A DNA stretch of 63,975 nt, the filler included, from Octopus bimaculoides (lineage: Eukaryota), in NCBI RefSeq assembly GCF_001194135.2. It is 5 parts of 5 records of this genome, joined end to end, with 100 filler letters (N's around TTAATTAATTAA, not from the genome) between each part and the next. Parts side by side here need not be neighbours in the genome. Positions count along the whole stretch, not along the records: positions 1 to 14,970 come from NC_068983.1; positions 15,071 to 29,133 come from NC_068987.1; 3 more parts are not named here. One strand, written 5' to 3'. A program made the translations under genes and the position numbers. Shown piece by piece: positions 12,622 to 25,962 of the stretch; within the stretch, counting starts at the first letter, position 1, and the number at the start of each line of letters is the position of its first letter. The notes under the pieces are model-generated. The model had not been told where the DNA came from. It saw only the letters and a program-made list of their open reading frames with translations, and made no database searches.

Positions 12622-12927
12622 ATGGTCGTTGACTGTTCAGGAAAACAAACCTCATCCAGCTATTCTGATTATATGTCTGTGCACACGTTTGAATGTGGTG
12701 TGTGCCAGAGGGTTTGCAAATCCAATGGGGGTCTTAAAAGACATGTTAGGATCCACAATGAGCAGAACTTACTTGCAGGTATTGGTAGTGCAAATCAGAG
12801 GTGCAATCTGTGTGGGTGTTTTTTCAAAACACTGTCTGGTTTAAAAAGCCACATCAGACGCCATGAAAGGGCTAAGGTGTAGGTGCAGGAGGTGGTCAAA
12901 CTCTGTTTAAGGAGTAGACAACCACGA
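12622..12927 (+). mobile_element. 5'-truncated RTE-like LINE 3' end encoding two C2H2 fingers, with a (TGTA)n tail
   Basis: ORF reads CGVCQRVCKSNGGLKRHVRIH..CNLCGCFFKTLSGLKSHIRRH, then stop, a short UTR and (TGTA)n. This resembles the C-terminal CxxC..GL.SH finger of RTE/BovB-type ORFs. Confidence 0.6.
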
Positions 12928-13049
12928 TGTATGTATATATGTATGTATGTAATGTATGTAATGTATGTAATGTATGTATGTATGTATGTATGTAATGTAT
13001 GTAGTGTATGTATGTATGTATGTATGTATGTATGTATGTATGTATGTAT

Positions 13050-13448
13050 GTGTGTGCAGATTTCTATGTTTTATGCATGTATTCTCATGCATATGCTTAC
13101 ATATCTAGACACGCTCATATATATTTAAATCATAAACTTCTGGAAGGATTTTCAGATTTTTACAGTTCCAGTGATGAATTGGATCTGTAATTTTCGAATT
13201 AACTTTCTCCTTTCTGGTTTTGAAGAGCCTAATTTTTCAAGATTGGTATTTAGGTAGTGTGCTACATATTCCCGGGGCCCCAATAATTACGGGTATAAAC
13301 CTGAACTTGTAATCTGGATAGAGTAACTTAAGATTTCCCAATGGTTCAGAATAGGTGTTTTCTTTTTCACTGATCTTCAGCTTTATGTTAACATCCGCTG
13401 GGTAGCTAATTTCCACAACTGTACACAGTTTCTCTTCTCTATCCCAAA
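13050..13448 (-). mobile_element. Dong/R4-type non-LTR retrotransposon 3' fragment (restriction-like endonuclease C-terminus)
   Basis: IWDREEKLCTVVEISYPADVNIKLKISEKENTY..YKFRFIPVIIGAPG, then frameshift and a stop-containing C-terminus; (CATA)n on both sides. Confidence 0.8.
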
Positions 13449-14203
13449 TGTATGTATGTATGTAGGTGAGTGTGTGTGCGTAGTATGCGCCTGAGTATGT
13501 ATATGTATATACACACACGTACACACACACACGTACACACACACACGTACATACATACATACATACAAACATAATATAAACACGACGCCCTTTCGCATAT
13601 CTTTCGTCTAACAAATTCCACCCGAGGCTTCGGCCAAAAACACTTGCTCAAGTTTCACCGATGTGGAATCGAGCCCAGAATTGTAGAGTTAGTTTCATTA
13701 TGACTACATAATACATATTAAATGAATCACATGCATCCTAACATTAGAAAAAATTAAATCGTTATCAAACCTTTGCAATGCAACATACAAAATACATAAC
13801 AGTAGATCGTGAAATTACTCTTATGATATGCTACAAAATAACTGAAATTGCAAAGTGTCTTCTCAATAGCAAACCAAAAACGTGTATTCCCGCTAACGTG
13901 ACACTGCTGATAAATGCGATTAATAAATTTCATTATAATCGTGTGAGGTGTAAACTTCACGAGCTCAACTGTTATATTGGCCATTGAAATAGGATACTCT
14001 CTTGCCGGTAAACCACATATTTAAAACGCGCAGCAATTGCAAAGCTTTACATCTCATAACACCAAACAAAACTAAACAGAAAAAAAAACATTGGTAAACA
14101 ACACCTGTATCCTATCCAGTGCTGCACAGTACTAAAATAAATACGCAGACAACAAATGGTGCGACTCGAACGTGCAGCGAGTTTGTACTGGATTCCATTT
14201 GTA

Positions 14204-14236
<33 letters not shown>

Positions 14237-14447
14237 TCATGCGTGCGTGCGTGCGTGTGTGTGAATGTTTGTGCAAGACAGGATTTTAGAAAACCAAATC
14301 AATTTTTAATTTTTCCTTTAATACCATTTTACCCAAAAGTGTATAACACAACACGCAGATAATATAGACATGCATATGCATATATGCATATACATATTAT
14401 ANNNNNNNNNNNNNNNNNNNNNNNNNNNNNNNNNNNNNNNNNNNNNN

Positions 14448-14507
<60 letters not shown>

Positions 14508-15014
14508 CATTTATATACATATAGGTACACACATATATATCGTTTTTTTTTCTTTGGTTTGCAAGATCCTTGATGTGAATTGGTTGCATATATAACCGAG
14601 TAACTGTTAATAGAGAAGTGATATTGAACTAGTGCGTGTGTTATTATTGGCGTAATGATCCTACCAAGATAAAACATATACATATCCATCTTTCTATCTA
14701 TGTATCTCTCTCTGTCTCTCTCTCGTTCTTTCTCTCCCTATATACATATTTGTGTGTGTGTGTGTGTTTGTGTGTGGTAGATGCAGTGCAGTCTTAGGAG
14801 AATTCATGAAGCAACAGCTGTACAACAATCTTGCGTCACACTTGTGTTTTTAGTGTAGAAATTTGGCAGGAATTACGGACGAGCAACAGATGTAGCAGAC
14901 CAATATATATATATACCGGCAGAAGAATAACAGATGTAACCAGACAATGAAATATATATATATATATATANNNNNNNNNNNNNNNNNNNNNNNNNNNNNN
15001 NNNNNNNNNNNNNN

Positions 15015-15026
15015 TTAATTAATTAA
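15015..15026. other. Assembly gap linker TTAATTAATTAA (also at 29178-29189, 46956-46967 and 55912-55923)
   Basis: Identical 12-mer with stops in all six frames, centred in N runs (44 N + 12 + 44 N = 100 bp where counted). Confidence 0.95.
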
Positions 15027-15070
15027 NNNNNNNNNNNNNNNNNNNNNNNNNNNNNNNNNNNNNNNNNNNN

Positions 15071-15149
<79 letters not shown>

Positions 15150-15151
15150 TT

Positions 15152-15198
<47 letters not shown>
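15071..15198. repeat. (TTA)n followed by (TAG)n microsatellite
   Basis: Direct inspection. Confidence 0.95.
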
Positions 15199-15200
<2 letters not shown>

Positions 15201-15239
15201 GATTTTAGGCCTTTGATACCGTCCCAAGGCTTGCAATGT

Positions 15240-16010
15240 GGAAGTTCTTCCGACTATTCGGCTGCCCTGATCAGGTCATTTCCCTAGTACAGTGATTACA
15301 TGATGGCGTTACTGGAACCATCAAAACCAACTATCTGAATGCTTCCCCATCACAAGAGGGTTAAAACAAGGATGCCTTTTGGCCCCCAACGCTCTTCACC
15401 TTGTACCATGCAGCAAAGTTTCATGGACTACCTTCGGACAGTCCAAGAATCAACATTAAGTACCGATATGAAGGTGGGGAATATTTCAGCCCTGCAAGAT
15501 TGAAGTCACGAAGACTGACCAGGAAGCAAATGATCACTGAAATTTAGTATGCTGATGACGACGCAGCGATCTGCCACTCCAGTGAACAGCTTCAAGAATT
15601 GGTAAATAACTTCACCAATGCTTACAGTCGGTTTGGCCTAAAAGTCAACATACAAAGACAAAATCCTGGCACAACCCGTTCTAAGTCAGGAAACTCCAGA
15701 CATCAACATTACCATCTCGGTGTCACCGCTGGTGAAGGTCAAGCAATTTTCGCACTAAGGAGGTTTGCTTTCGAATAAGTGCACATCGGAAATGGGCGGG
15801 GAGAACCGATTAAGCGCAGCTCACACCGCGTTTGGTGGACTCACGAAAAGGGTTTTTATGAACAAAGATCTGAACTACAAATCAAAATTGAGTGCCCATC
15901 AGGCGGCCTTAATCTGCACTCTCCTCTGCTATTGTGACACCTGGACTCTTTACAAAAGTGACGTCAAAACACTAGAGGGATTTCACCTACAGAAGCTCCA
16001 CTCTATTATT
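15240..16010 (+). mobile_element. RTE/BovB-like LINE reverse transcriptase fragment (frameshifted)
   Basis: Motifs GLKQGCLLAP.TLF, YADD (about 15548), FGLKVN and RLSAAHTAFGGLTKRVF..TLLCYCDTWTLY..LEGFH. Confidence 0.9.
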
Positions 16011-18134
16011 GATTTCCTATTCATCGAAATCCTATGCTACAACAGGAACGTACACACAAATTCAAACATACAACAGCCTATATAAGTGCATTCATTTACA
16101 CAACATATAATATAAAAATATTATATAGTATAAATACATAAATGTACTTGCTAGATTTATGTCTGAATTAAAATCATTGACGATATTAAGATATGTAGAT
16201 GTTGAATGTATAGCTCTAATCTAAATAGGTGAGAAAGTTGGTATAAGATGATTTTAAAAGAAATCTTGAGCAGGTACAAAGTCTGACGGCCGTTTCAAGA
16301 AGATGTAGGTTGGTATGGGCGAGTTAATGCCAACCATAAAAATCATCTAATTTTCTCCTATCTGAGTTAATCTACAGGATGTATAAAAGAGTTATTTAAA
16401 TCTTAAAGTTTTAAGCAACATAAGAAATTTAAGAATTTTTAAAAATCGAATATTGTTTAGGCTGAGGGTGTCGATTTTTAATTACTCACAAGGGGCTCAC
16501 ATAGACGGGACAAACCCACATGCTGGAAAAATTAGCATATGGAAGAATGGGTAAAATGAAATTTTACAAATGAAGGCGAAACAGTCACCCCAGGCCCGCT
16601 CCGAGATGGCTACGTTATTTCAATTATTTCAAAGTAGTCTTTCACAGGTCTATAAAATTAATCTCCACGTACCATTTTATGTTACTTTTACTGTCCTCAT
16701 AGTTCACCACTGGAGCGCTGGGTTCGATACTCACCTCGGGCCCCAGTGGGTTTACATCTGATGAGTAAGCTTCTTTGAGCGTTCTATATTTTCCTAAAAG
16801 CCCTCTGCATATCTAGTGAGTCTCCAAATGCCGATTCCTTTTCCATTTCTTTCAAATTTGATGTTTAAAAAATTATGTTTATAAAAAATACCATTTCTTC
16901 TATTCAGTATTTAACTCACTTTTCTGTATTTACTAATTACTGTTTCAAATGAGGTAGTTTCCGTCAGATCATGGAGCTTGCTTCTAGTATCTATTCTTTA
17001 TTATTAAATACGTAAATGTAATTAATATTGCTTTATGCGACATTTTGACTTGTTATTTTGTATCCAAAGTATTGATATTTTAAACAGAAAAACAGCATTT
17101 TAGTCTTTTTCTTGTCGGTTGTTTACTTATGGTAAACGTTTAAAATGAATTTATTAATCAAACGTATGTGCCGAAAATTTCTTTAAAGTTGTAGGTGGTA
17201 AATGGCAAGAACAATTTCAGAACACCTGGCTTATATCATAGAAATAATAATGCTTATTTCATCATGTAAACCGACTTCCTGCTGTGATTTTTGTGAAACA
17301 TTTTTCATATTTACTTATAGTCATAAACCTTACTAAACTTTCTTATCTAGCGTGTTCTAATTATTCTCCATAGCATACTTTCGATTTTCCCACGATCGTC
17401 TGTCTTTTTTCTGTAGAATAATAAAAAAAAAAGGTGTTAATGAACATACTGCAGACATAGGTTTGCAAATTTTTCGTTGTGACAGGAGCAAATTGCAAGT
17501 GCATGTGTATCTAGGATGTTGTATCATAGTTTCTGGGAATGATGAATCTTTCATTCTAGAAATTCATATATACCCCGTGGGCAGAATAGCACGTAGGTTA
17601 GAAAGCTTGGTGTTAATGTTCAGCAGGGATGACGTCTGCTGCCGGCAAAGTACCTGATACAACGGAGAAGTGTCTCCTCTTATGTGTCTTCCTCACTCTC
17701 TGTTATTTTTTTCTTACTTGCTGGAATTACGAACTTCAGTGATCGGTAGCATTTATTGCCCCACGGTTTCTTCCTCCACGTGAGTGGGAAAATGTTGGAT
17801 GTTTTCATATATCTCGTCAACACACCCTTCTATCACAATCTCTGTCCAACACGGCTCTTCCGATCATGACGCAGTTCAGCATACAAAATATCTACTGGGA
17901 ACTTGATGGTCTCCATCCTATGTATATATCGCTGTGATGAGGTGAGGAAGACTCTAACGCTAACTGAACGAGTGTGAATTAGGACCCATATATCAGAAAT
18001 GCGATCCCGTCATCTAACACGTAGCTTGAGACGCAGATGACATGTACTCGTATCAGGGGTTTGATATGTATATATTTAATAATATAGCCTGAACAGGATA
18101 AACTACCCCTATTTTGCAGGAAAAAAAGTGTAGG

Positions 18135-18208
18135 TGGATAGCTGTGGACTCGAACTCACATCCCCGTGATTACGCGTCACGATGCTCTGACCGATTGAGC
18201 TAAAAAAG
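18135..18208 (-). pseudogene. tRNA-Thr(CGT)-like pseudogene or SINE head
   Basis: TAGCTCAATCGGTCAGAGC D arm, anticodon arm CGTGA-CGCGTAA-TCACG, and GTTCGAGTCC T loop. The acceptor stem does not pair. Confidence 0.5.
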
Positions 18209-20894
18209 AGGATATAATATTGCTCTGGTGTACAGAGAGGGCAGATACATTTCCGTTTGTCATAGGAAGATCTATTAAGAGAATATAAATACGAGATTGT
18301 ATGATACTGCTATTACTTTGAATTAGGCTTGGTAGTAGTTGTAAACTATGACGTTCTTCAATGAGATGCTTTTTCATAACTTTCTTGAGAAAAAATTCGA
18401 TAGCAGTTGCAGCAGTTTTCGTTACTCAGAGAGATTTTTGTATTTGCCTGGATATTACATCCCTTGTCTTACTATATATATTACACACAGCAACACACAC
18501 ACACACGCACACACACACATATATATATATATACATATATATGTGTGTNNNNNNNNNNNNNNNNNNNNNNNNNNNNNNNNNNNNNNNNNNNNNNNNNNNN
18601 NNNNNNNNNNNNNNNNNNNNNNNNNNNNNNNNNNNNNNNNNNNNNNNNNNNNNNNNNNNNNNNNNNNNNNNNNNNNNNNNNNNNNNNNNNNNNNNNNNNN
18701 NNNNNNNNNNNNNNNNNNNNNNNNNNNNNNNNNNNNNNNNNNNNNNNNNNNNNNNNNNNNNNNNNNNNNNNNNNNNNNNNNNNNNNNNNNNNNNNNNNNN
18801 NNNNNNNNNNNNNNNNNNNNNNNNNNNNNNNNNNNNNNNNNNNNNNNNNNNNNNNNNNNNNNNNNNNNNNNNNNNNNNNNNNNNNNNNNNNNNNNNNNNN
18901 NNNNNNNNNNNNNNNNNNNNNNNNNNNNNNNNNNNNNNNNNNNNNNNNNNNNNNNNNNATATATATATATATATGCATGTTTTGTGTTGGTGTCAGCTAT
19001 TCACGAGAGCTGAAATATTTGGTTGGCAATTCCAATCAGCAATACATGTAATAGATAGTCATGCATAGATACCCATGCATTACATTTTGTCCATGCTGGT
19101 AGTTCTATTATGCATCGTATTGTTAATGTTGGTGAACTTCTTTCACTTTTGTTCAAGTAATTTCAAATAAATATTTCATGTCTATACATTAGATTGTCGT
19201 CGTGTTTGATAACTTCCATGTTGCGTCAGTAATCGTTCATTGCCTTATTATATTATCGAAGGCAATTGACTCAAAAATTCAATTCACCATGAAATTATCT
19301 GAATTGTAACTTAACAAACATGAAATGGAATTAAGTGACCTTCTCTCTAAAACAGTAGCGTGTTGAATATAAATGAGTTGCTAAAGAAATTGGTTAAAAA
19401 TTGCAGAATAAATACGGACATATTTCATTCACCATATTATGTCTTATAACTTGTTCAAATTCATTTCAGAGACTTGCTATTTGCTAGAGAAGATTAGGTG
19501 ACTTGATTTCTGTGAGTGTGTGTGAGGGGGGTTGGGGGTTGGAGTGGGTCATTCAATGCAGATTTCAAACGTTTGTTTATTCCGCTCAATGAACTGCCTG
19601 ACAAACATGAAATAAATTCTTTGTGCATGACGTGATTCTTAAAAACTGAAAGTGGTCATCGAAATCAAAATTTATAATTATAAAATAAAGAGACTGGAAT
19701 AGTTTGTATTCATTCAAAAATAAAGAACGTAAATTTTTGATTTCTAATGGAAACAGAATATTTCTGTCGCAGCATATCGTCCCTTTCTATATTTTCCTGC
19801 ATGAAGGGTGAATAAATAAGAGAGACAAAAAAGAAAACACAGCAGAAGGCCTCAAAACTTTAGATTCATTCATGTTATCTTTTGGATTTTGCTGAAAAAA
19901 AAAAAAAGTGTCCCGAAAAATAATTTGTTCTACGAGGTTCTGTATGCAAATCATACGAGTTCAACATTACACATAATATTGTTATGTCTTTCAACCACTT
20001 TGACAATTACTAAATAATAAATTCAACTTTGGAAGCAAGATATATTAGGTATGTTAGACCTCAATTCTAAATGATTTTTTCAAAGAATCTAATCCATATT
20101 TATAACTATATATAAAAGATTATGTATATCTGTTTTCAAATCTCCAGCAACTGTAATAAATATTCAGAGTACTTTTGTAAGAAGGTACTAAAAATATATG
20201 TATATTTTATATTTCTTCAAAAAATGTTTCGCTTATTCTGTAATTCCTTTTTGAATTATGTTCAATTAGTGGTCAGCTTGTATTGATGCAAACCACTACT
20301 CACCTAATTCTACAGATCATTTTTCCGTAACATTCTACACATTTAAGATTTTATCCGTTCTCTGATTTACAGGGATCCATTACATGTGTATTTAACAAGA
20401 AATGCCAGCGAAATTGATTGAAAAAACACCTGTCTAGTTAAGACAGGGAATATGCATTTGAAAGTACACTCTGCAATATTGAACAATGTATTGGTTCATA
20501 GGATTAATATTGATGGCTCTGCTGGATCAGGTGATACTAGACGTAATCAAAAACAAATGAAGGTAATATAATTATGTTACAGACTTTTCCAAAAAAATTA
20601 GCTGCGAAACGTATATGTGCAGGTTGTTCAAGCTAAATTTGATACTTTGCATAAAAGTAACAGAAAACACAATATCCTATCTATCAATAACAGTAATTAA
20701 AAATCAAAATCTATCATCTACATTATGGCTAGAAAATAATTTGAAACAAGATCACTCAGAGAGCGCAAACCTCAGCGAAGGCATCACCAACCTCATCTCA
20801 ACGATTAGCCAGAAATGATCTTTTTTAAATGGTAACATCTGAAATAAACTCGACTGTTCTCACCAACGGGAATACCAAAAAATAAATAAATAAA

Positions 20895-20990
20895 TAAATA
20901 AATAAAACCGGCCGCTCCCCAAACTTAAGTAAATAAACCGGAAAAACAAATTATCCAGAATCCTTGCTCGGTACCTGATTGATCACAAAG
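20895..20990 (-). mobile_element. Fragment of a Helentron/HINE-like non-autonomous repeat
   Basis: Shares CAAGGATTCTGGAT with the copy at 21560-21835. Confidence 0.4.
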
Positions 20991-21098
20991 GTAGTCAATG
21001 AATGAGCAGGTGGGTGTGCTGGCCATGTTTCTAGTTACCATGCTGGTACTGTGTGCGTGTCGTCTGCTGTGAGAACAGGGACAGTTTTCGCTATGAAC

Positions 21099-21290
21099 CC
21101 CTGTTTTAGTCTCTCCACTGATATAGTGCCTTTAAGACCATTGAGGTTTATAGTGAAAAAATTTTCCGTGCATGAATGGAAACGGAAAGGACCTGCATAC
21201 GGTGCTGTTAACGGACGTTAATAGCATCGTTGCGCACAAAAAGATCTCAATCCGAGAAGTAAAGGTTCCTTCAAGGCAGAGCTAGGAATG
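21099..21290 (-). mobile_element. Ty3/Gypsy integrase C-terminal (GPY/F) remnant
   Basis: LFVRNDAI, then frameshift, then RPLTAPYAGPFRFHSCTENFFTINLNGLKGTISVERLKQG. This matches the Gypsy VFVR.D...PL.PPY.GPF.V....VS..RLK pattern. Confidence 0.8.
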
Positions 21291-21559
21291 CAATTGTGAA
21301 TCAGGTCAGAGGCTTTAAACAGGAGAGATATATTCAAAATTGGTAGAACTAAAAATTTGTCGAGGATAAATTAAATTTATTATTGTTACTAAATATGTTA
21401 GTGTAAATAAATTTCTGAACGGTTTTGCTACCGTTTGTTTATGTAATTTGAGAAACACGAGTAAAATTGATAATAGAGGAACGAAAACAAAATTTGGAAA
21501 CAGCAACGCCGCCATATCTTACATGGAAGCCATGAGCTTGCTTTCAAGGGAGATAATCA

Positions 21560-21835
21560 TAGAAATACTTGAAAGCACGTAAGATCATAATACTTTATGT
21601 AAAGTAAAGTAAATATAAAAATAATCCAGAATCCTTGTCTGACGTGGGATCGATCCCAAAATGTAATCAGTTCGTGCCAGTTATGAGGCCAAAGAACCCT
21701 GAAAGTTCCATCCAAATCCATGCAGCTGTTCTTGAGATATCGTATCCACGGACAAACAAAAAACCAACCAGACAAGACTGAAAATATTAACACCACCGTC
21801 GCTAAAGCGGAGGCAATAATAATATAATCATCGTC
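21560..21835 (-). mobile_element. Helentron/HINE (DINE-1-like) non-autonomous element
   Basis: Starts TATTGCCTCCGC..., then a microsatellite-like TTTG stretch, GATATCTCAAGAAC..GGATTTGGATGGAACTTTCAGG and GATTACATTTTGGGATCGATC. This is the layout I recall for metazoan HINEs. Confidence 0.5.
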
Positions 21836-22314
21836 GGGTTTGAGCTCCTCTGAATCTTTTCGGAGGCATGACAAGCAACGGAAAGCCGCTGCCTAGCAGC
21901 AGCAACCATCTCCAAGCATTGTCCAGGAGCTTCACATGGCCATCTGAATAGAGCCTTGCTCATGAGTTGTGTGATGAATTTCCGCATGCGAGCGCAGTCT
22001 GATCGACCACTGTATCCATTCCTGCTGACCACAACTTCGCAGTCTCCGTTTCAGCTATCCATAATACGTCTTACAGCCTTTACACTGTCAGTAGAAATCA
22101 TGCTGTCGGCATTTTGATAACCAGTGCGAATCCTTAGGATACAGGTAAATATTTTCCAATATTCAGATGGCTTCTAGGTGCTCCATGTAAAAAAAAACTG
22201 CTTCAAGTCTTTAATCTCTATGCTCTCCAGCGCTGTCAACCGTTCACCAATACATGAAGAAGTTCCCGAAGAAAGGAGCCATTAAAGAATCGACACATTT
22301 AGGCTGAACACAAC

Positions 22315-22360
<46 letters not shown>

Positions 22361-22839
22361 GTCCATAATTCTGTTTATCTATCTATGTGCATGCATGTGT
22401 GTGTCAGTGTGCGTGCGTATGTGTGTGTGTCTGCGTCTATGTATGTTTCCATTATGTAGGTGTAAATATAAAAAAAAATATAATATGATAATTTATCTGA
22501 CAGAAAATGTGTATTTTCATAAATAAGCACTTAATCTTAATGAAATGCTTTACTCTTCTCTCGTTTGACTCAAGCGTTAATGTATAAATTTCAGAAAAGT
22601 AACCCGCAATATGACCTTCTTTGAAATGTATTCGTTTCTGCGCGAAATTTCATGTACGTAGACATGAAATTCTCATCTAAGGATTCTATTATTCTTTTCT
22701 TCTTTTCTACATTTCAGTACAAAGGGTGCGGCCATGTTGGAAGACCGCCTGTGTAATCACCTTTTACATGGTCATTTTTTGGGGTTGGCTTTTGGTGAAT
22801 GAAGAAGTTTGGCATTTCTGCATTGTTTTGAGCTTCTTA

Positions 22840-24450
22840 CCGTAACGTAAGTTCATTCAGGACATTGAACACCGGGTGATCAAGTTGTTTCTTGACAACA
22901 TCAAACTCTACTTCATTTAGATCCCTCAAATGCTTTGGCAAGATATTGAATAGCCTTGAAACCTTAGTTACTCTAAGACATGGTCTCCAATATAGACGGG
23001 ATAACTGAGACTTGGGAACAGTGCAGTGACCTCCATTTCGGATGCTAGTATAGTCCTCGATCCCAAAGTTTGGTGCCAACCCCCTCCGGAATCTTCCATA
23101 CTTATATCACTGCATGTCTTTCCAGTCACCTCTCCCGGGGGTAGATTCATATTTCTTTCCGTTTCTCACTGTTGCTCATCTGTTCCACCGCTAAACTGCC
23201 TCCTACTCTCTTGTTCTGCTCTCTTGTTCTTTCAATGTTGTTCATCGTTCTAATGTAACACCGCTAAACTGCATCCTGATCCTTGTTCTGAAATTTCTGG
23301 AAATCCATCCCACCATTTGCCTACACCCTGTCACCATTGAAATGATATACACGTGTAATGAAACCTTATTGCATATATCAATCCTCAGATCAATTACTGC
23401 ACTAGGCTGTAGAATTGCCTACCATTTACACCCAAAGATCGTTGCTGCGGCATATTAGTACAAGTGGGCTTGTAATTTCCCTACTTTAAAATGCATGTAA
23501 TTTCCTTGCGCCCATTTGTATATGATAATTTGGTCTTTCGATAGAAGATAGGCGTCGAGAGGTTCCTTGACAGCTGGTACTATTTTTGTGTCGTCGGTAT
23601 AGCTTGTGGGAATGGCTTACTCTGTAACTGATGCCATGATACCGGAAAGAGCCACTATACACATTAGCGGCCCAAGACTATTCCCTGAATCTCATCACTC
23701 TCTATTATTGTCTCCTTGGATTCAGTCTTTTAAGAAGTCATGTAACCACACTCCCAGTTTTTTCTGACTGCGCCGAGTTTCCGTTGCTTGTGGCATTTTA
23801 TTCCATGAACAACCTTATTAAACGTTGGAAATGCAAGATATATCGCATCGAACGTTTCAACGATTCATTAGTCGATACAACACCCAGTCAAAATAATGCA
23901 GAAACTGTGTAACGCAATTTCTTTCTTGAGCAGAAGCTATTTTTGGTATCAGAAAGTAAGTCATTATTTTCCACTTTGTTCCTGAAAATGCGTTCCGTGA
24001 ATGCCGGCATGGAAGGTTAGAAAGAGGGGCCTACAATTTTTAGCATCTGCTCTTCTACCATTTTTATGGATTTTATACCTTCATTTCACTTTCTGCGAAG
24101 TCTCCCGTTTGCGAAGAAGGTTTGGAAAAGACCTCTAATGGTCATATTCCCTTACTTTTCTGGGAAGTCTTCCATTTGCGAAAAGGGTTTGGAAGACGAT
24201 TTGTAGTATCCTTTGTGTGTAGGCTGTCATGAAGGTTGGTTAACGATTTTTCCATCTTTTTCAGACACTCTTCGAATGAGAAAGTTTGGGCATCTGATGG
24301 ATGATATGTAGCACGTATTACCATTTTCGTATGTTTAATAAGCACTTCAATGTGTCATAGACTAAATCTGCGTGTGACAGCAGCACTACACACAGGACAT
24401 CTTCCTCGATGTTCATTGCAACTCTGTCATCTGTCCTTTATGTCTCCTCG
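22840..24450 (-). mobile_element. Internally deleted CR1/L2-group LINE remnant (endonuclease fragment plus RT C-terminus)
   Basis: EN-like HIEVLIKHTKMVIRATYHPSD..SFEECLKKME at about 24345, and C-terminal CRQMVGWISRNFRTR, ERRLERHAVI.VWKIPEG and RLFNILPKHLRDL at 23340-22850. Confidence 0.7.
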
Positions 24451-25917
24451 GTTCGAAATTCATCTTTTGTTATGTATGTTTCAACATCTGATATGTCAAT
24501 ATTCATATGTTTATGAGTTACTACCATGAATATAACTTCAATATATATCACTACGTCTGTTGATGTTGGGATTTGCGTTGGTAAGACGTTAAAGAAAAAA
24601 CCTGGTGCGGAATATAGGGTGACGTTAGTGGCCACTGGTCTGACACATGTTAAGGTTTCAGAAAGTGACCACCCTGGGTCTCTTGTTTGAGTTTGTTAAA
24701 AATTCTTTTATTGTATGTTATGTGTGTATCTGTGTGTGAGAGAGTGAGAGTGGGTGAGAAATAGCGGAGGAATGTTTTCCTGATATGGTACTTCGAATAT
24801 TTTCCTAGTCACGAATCAAACATCTTTCTTTGGATTTTAGAGAACGTCAATAGAGTAGCCTTTGATCCATATATGTATATATGTATGTCCACACGTAAGC
24901 ACTTTCGGCTGCATGTAACCATGCACTCATAAACATCTGCAATTGACCAGAGAATCATCGATCCAGGTATAAACGTTGCTACTCCTTATAAATATCTTGC
25001 AATATTCAAAAGGGTGTTGCAAACCTTTTGCCAGTAATCTCTTGATTGGACACTTTCTTTCTAGTTTAGCCTAGCGCAACATCTCAATACTTGCACTTAG
25101 CGCGTTATACAAGAATACTATATTAGTCTGTTGCATGTTTGTTTATAGATGCATTATGCATATATATTTATGTATATACATGTATATCAACGAAATAGAA
25201 ATGTTAGCATCGAATCTAATAAGTACGAGATTTACAATGAAATATGTTGTGTATTATTTTTCTGTTACAGTTGAATATGCAATATCTTATCGTTGCAGTG
25301 TTTGTTTGCTCCATTTCAAGTATGTAACCAACGATGAAATTCTTAACAAAATTGCCATATATATGAAATACAATTTATATATATTTTTTTTTTCATCTAA
25401 GTTATATTTCCTATTTTTATGTCTTGCCTTTAACAATATAATTTTATATCGAAGTGGTGAAATATGTGGGTAGCAATCCTTTTACTCCACTTAAAATATT
25501 ATCCGCATACATGAAATCAAATTCGTAGAATTTAATTAATGAAGGAAATTTCGTATTCTGTCATACTTGATACATATAAAATGGCGTCAAGGATATGGAT
25601 GGAATATCTCCGATAATATATGTGATATTCCGAAGCTGACTTGGAGCTATATGGTATCAATGTAGCTAATAATTTTAATTATCTTCTATTGTGTACCTGT
25701 TCAATGAATTTTAAAAAAATGTGTTTGTTAAAGTGTTATCTTGATAAAAGACTTCTGAAAATAAAGGGTTATATGTAAGAAGAGTAAACCCCACGCAATA
25801 TGCATGGAGACACTTCAGATATATTATGGCACCTTCCTAGCTCGATCCCTCTCATGTCTCCTTCTGTCTGTCTCTTTCTCTCTCTGTCTCATTCTGTATA
25901 CACCCACACAGTGTCAG

Positions 25918-25962
<45 letters not shown>

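Noticed and set aside
21870-22310. Possible L1/Tx1 endonuclease remnant (AVGILIT, VFNLYA)
   Set aside because: Motifs too short and scattered across frames to support a call.
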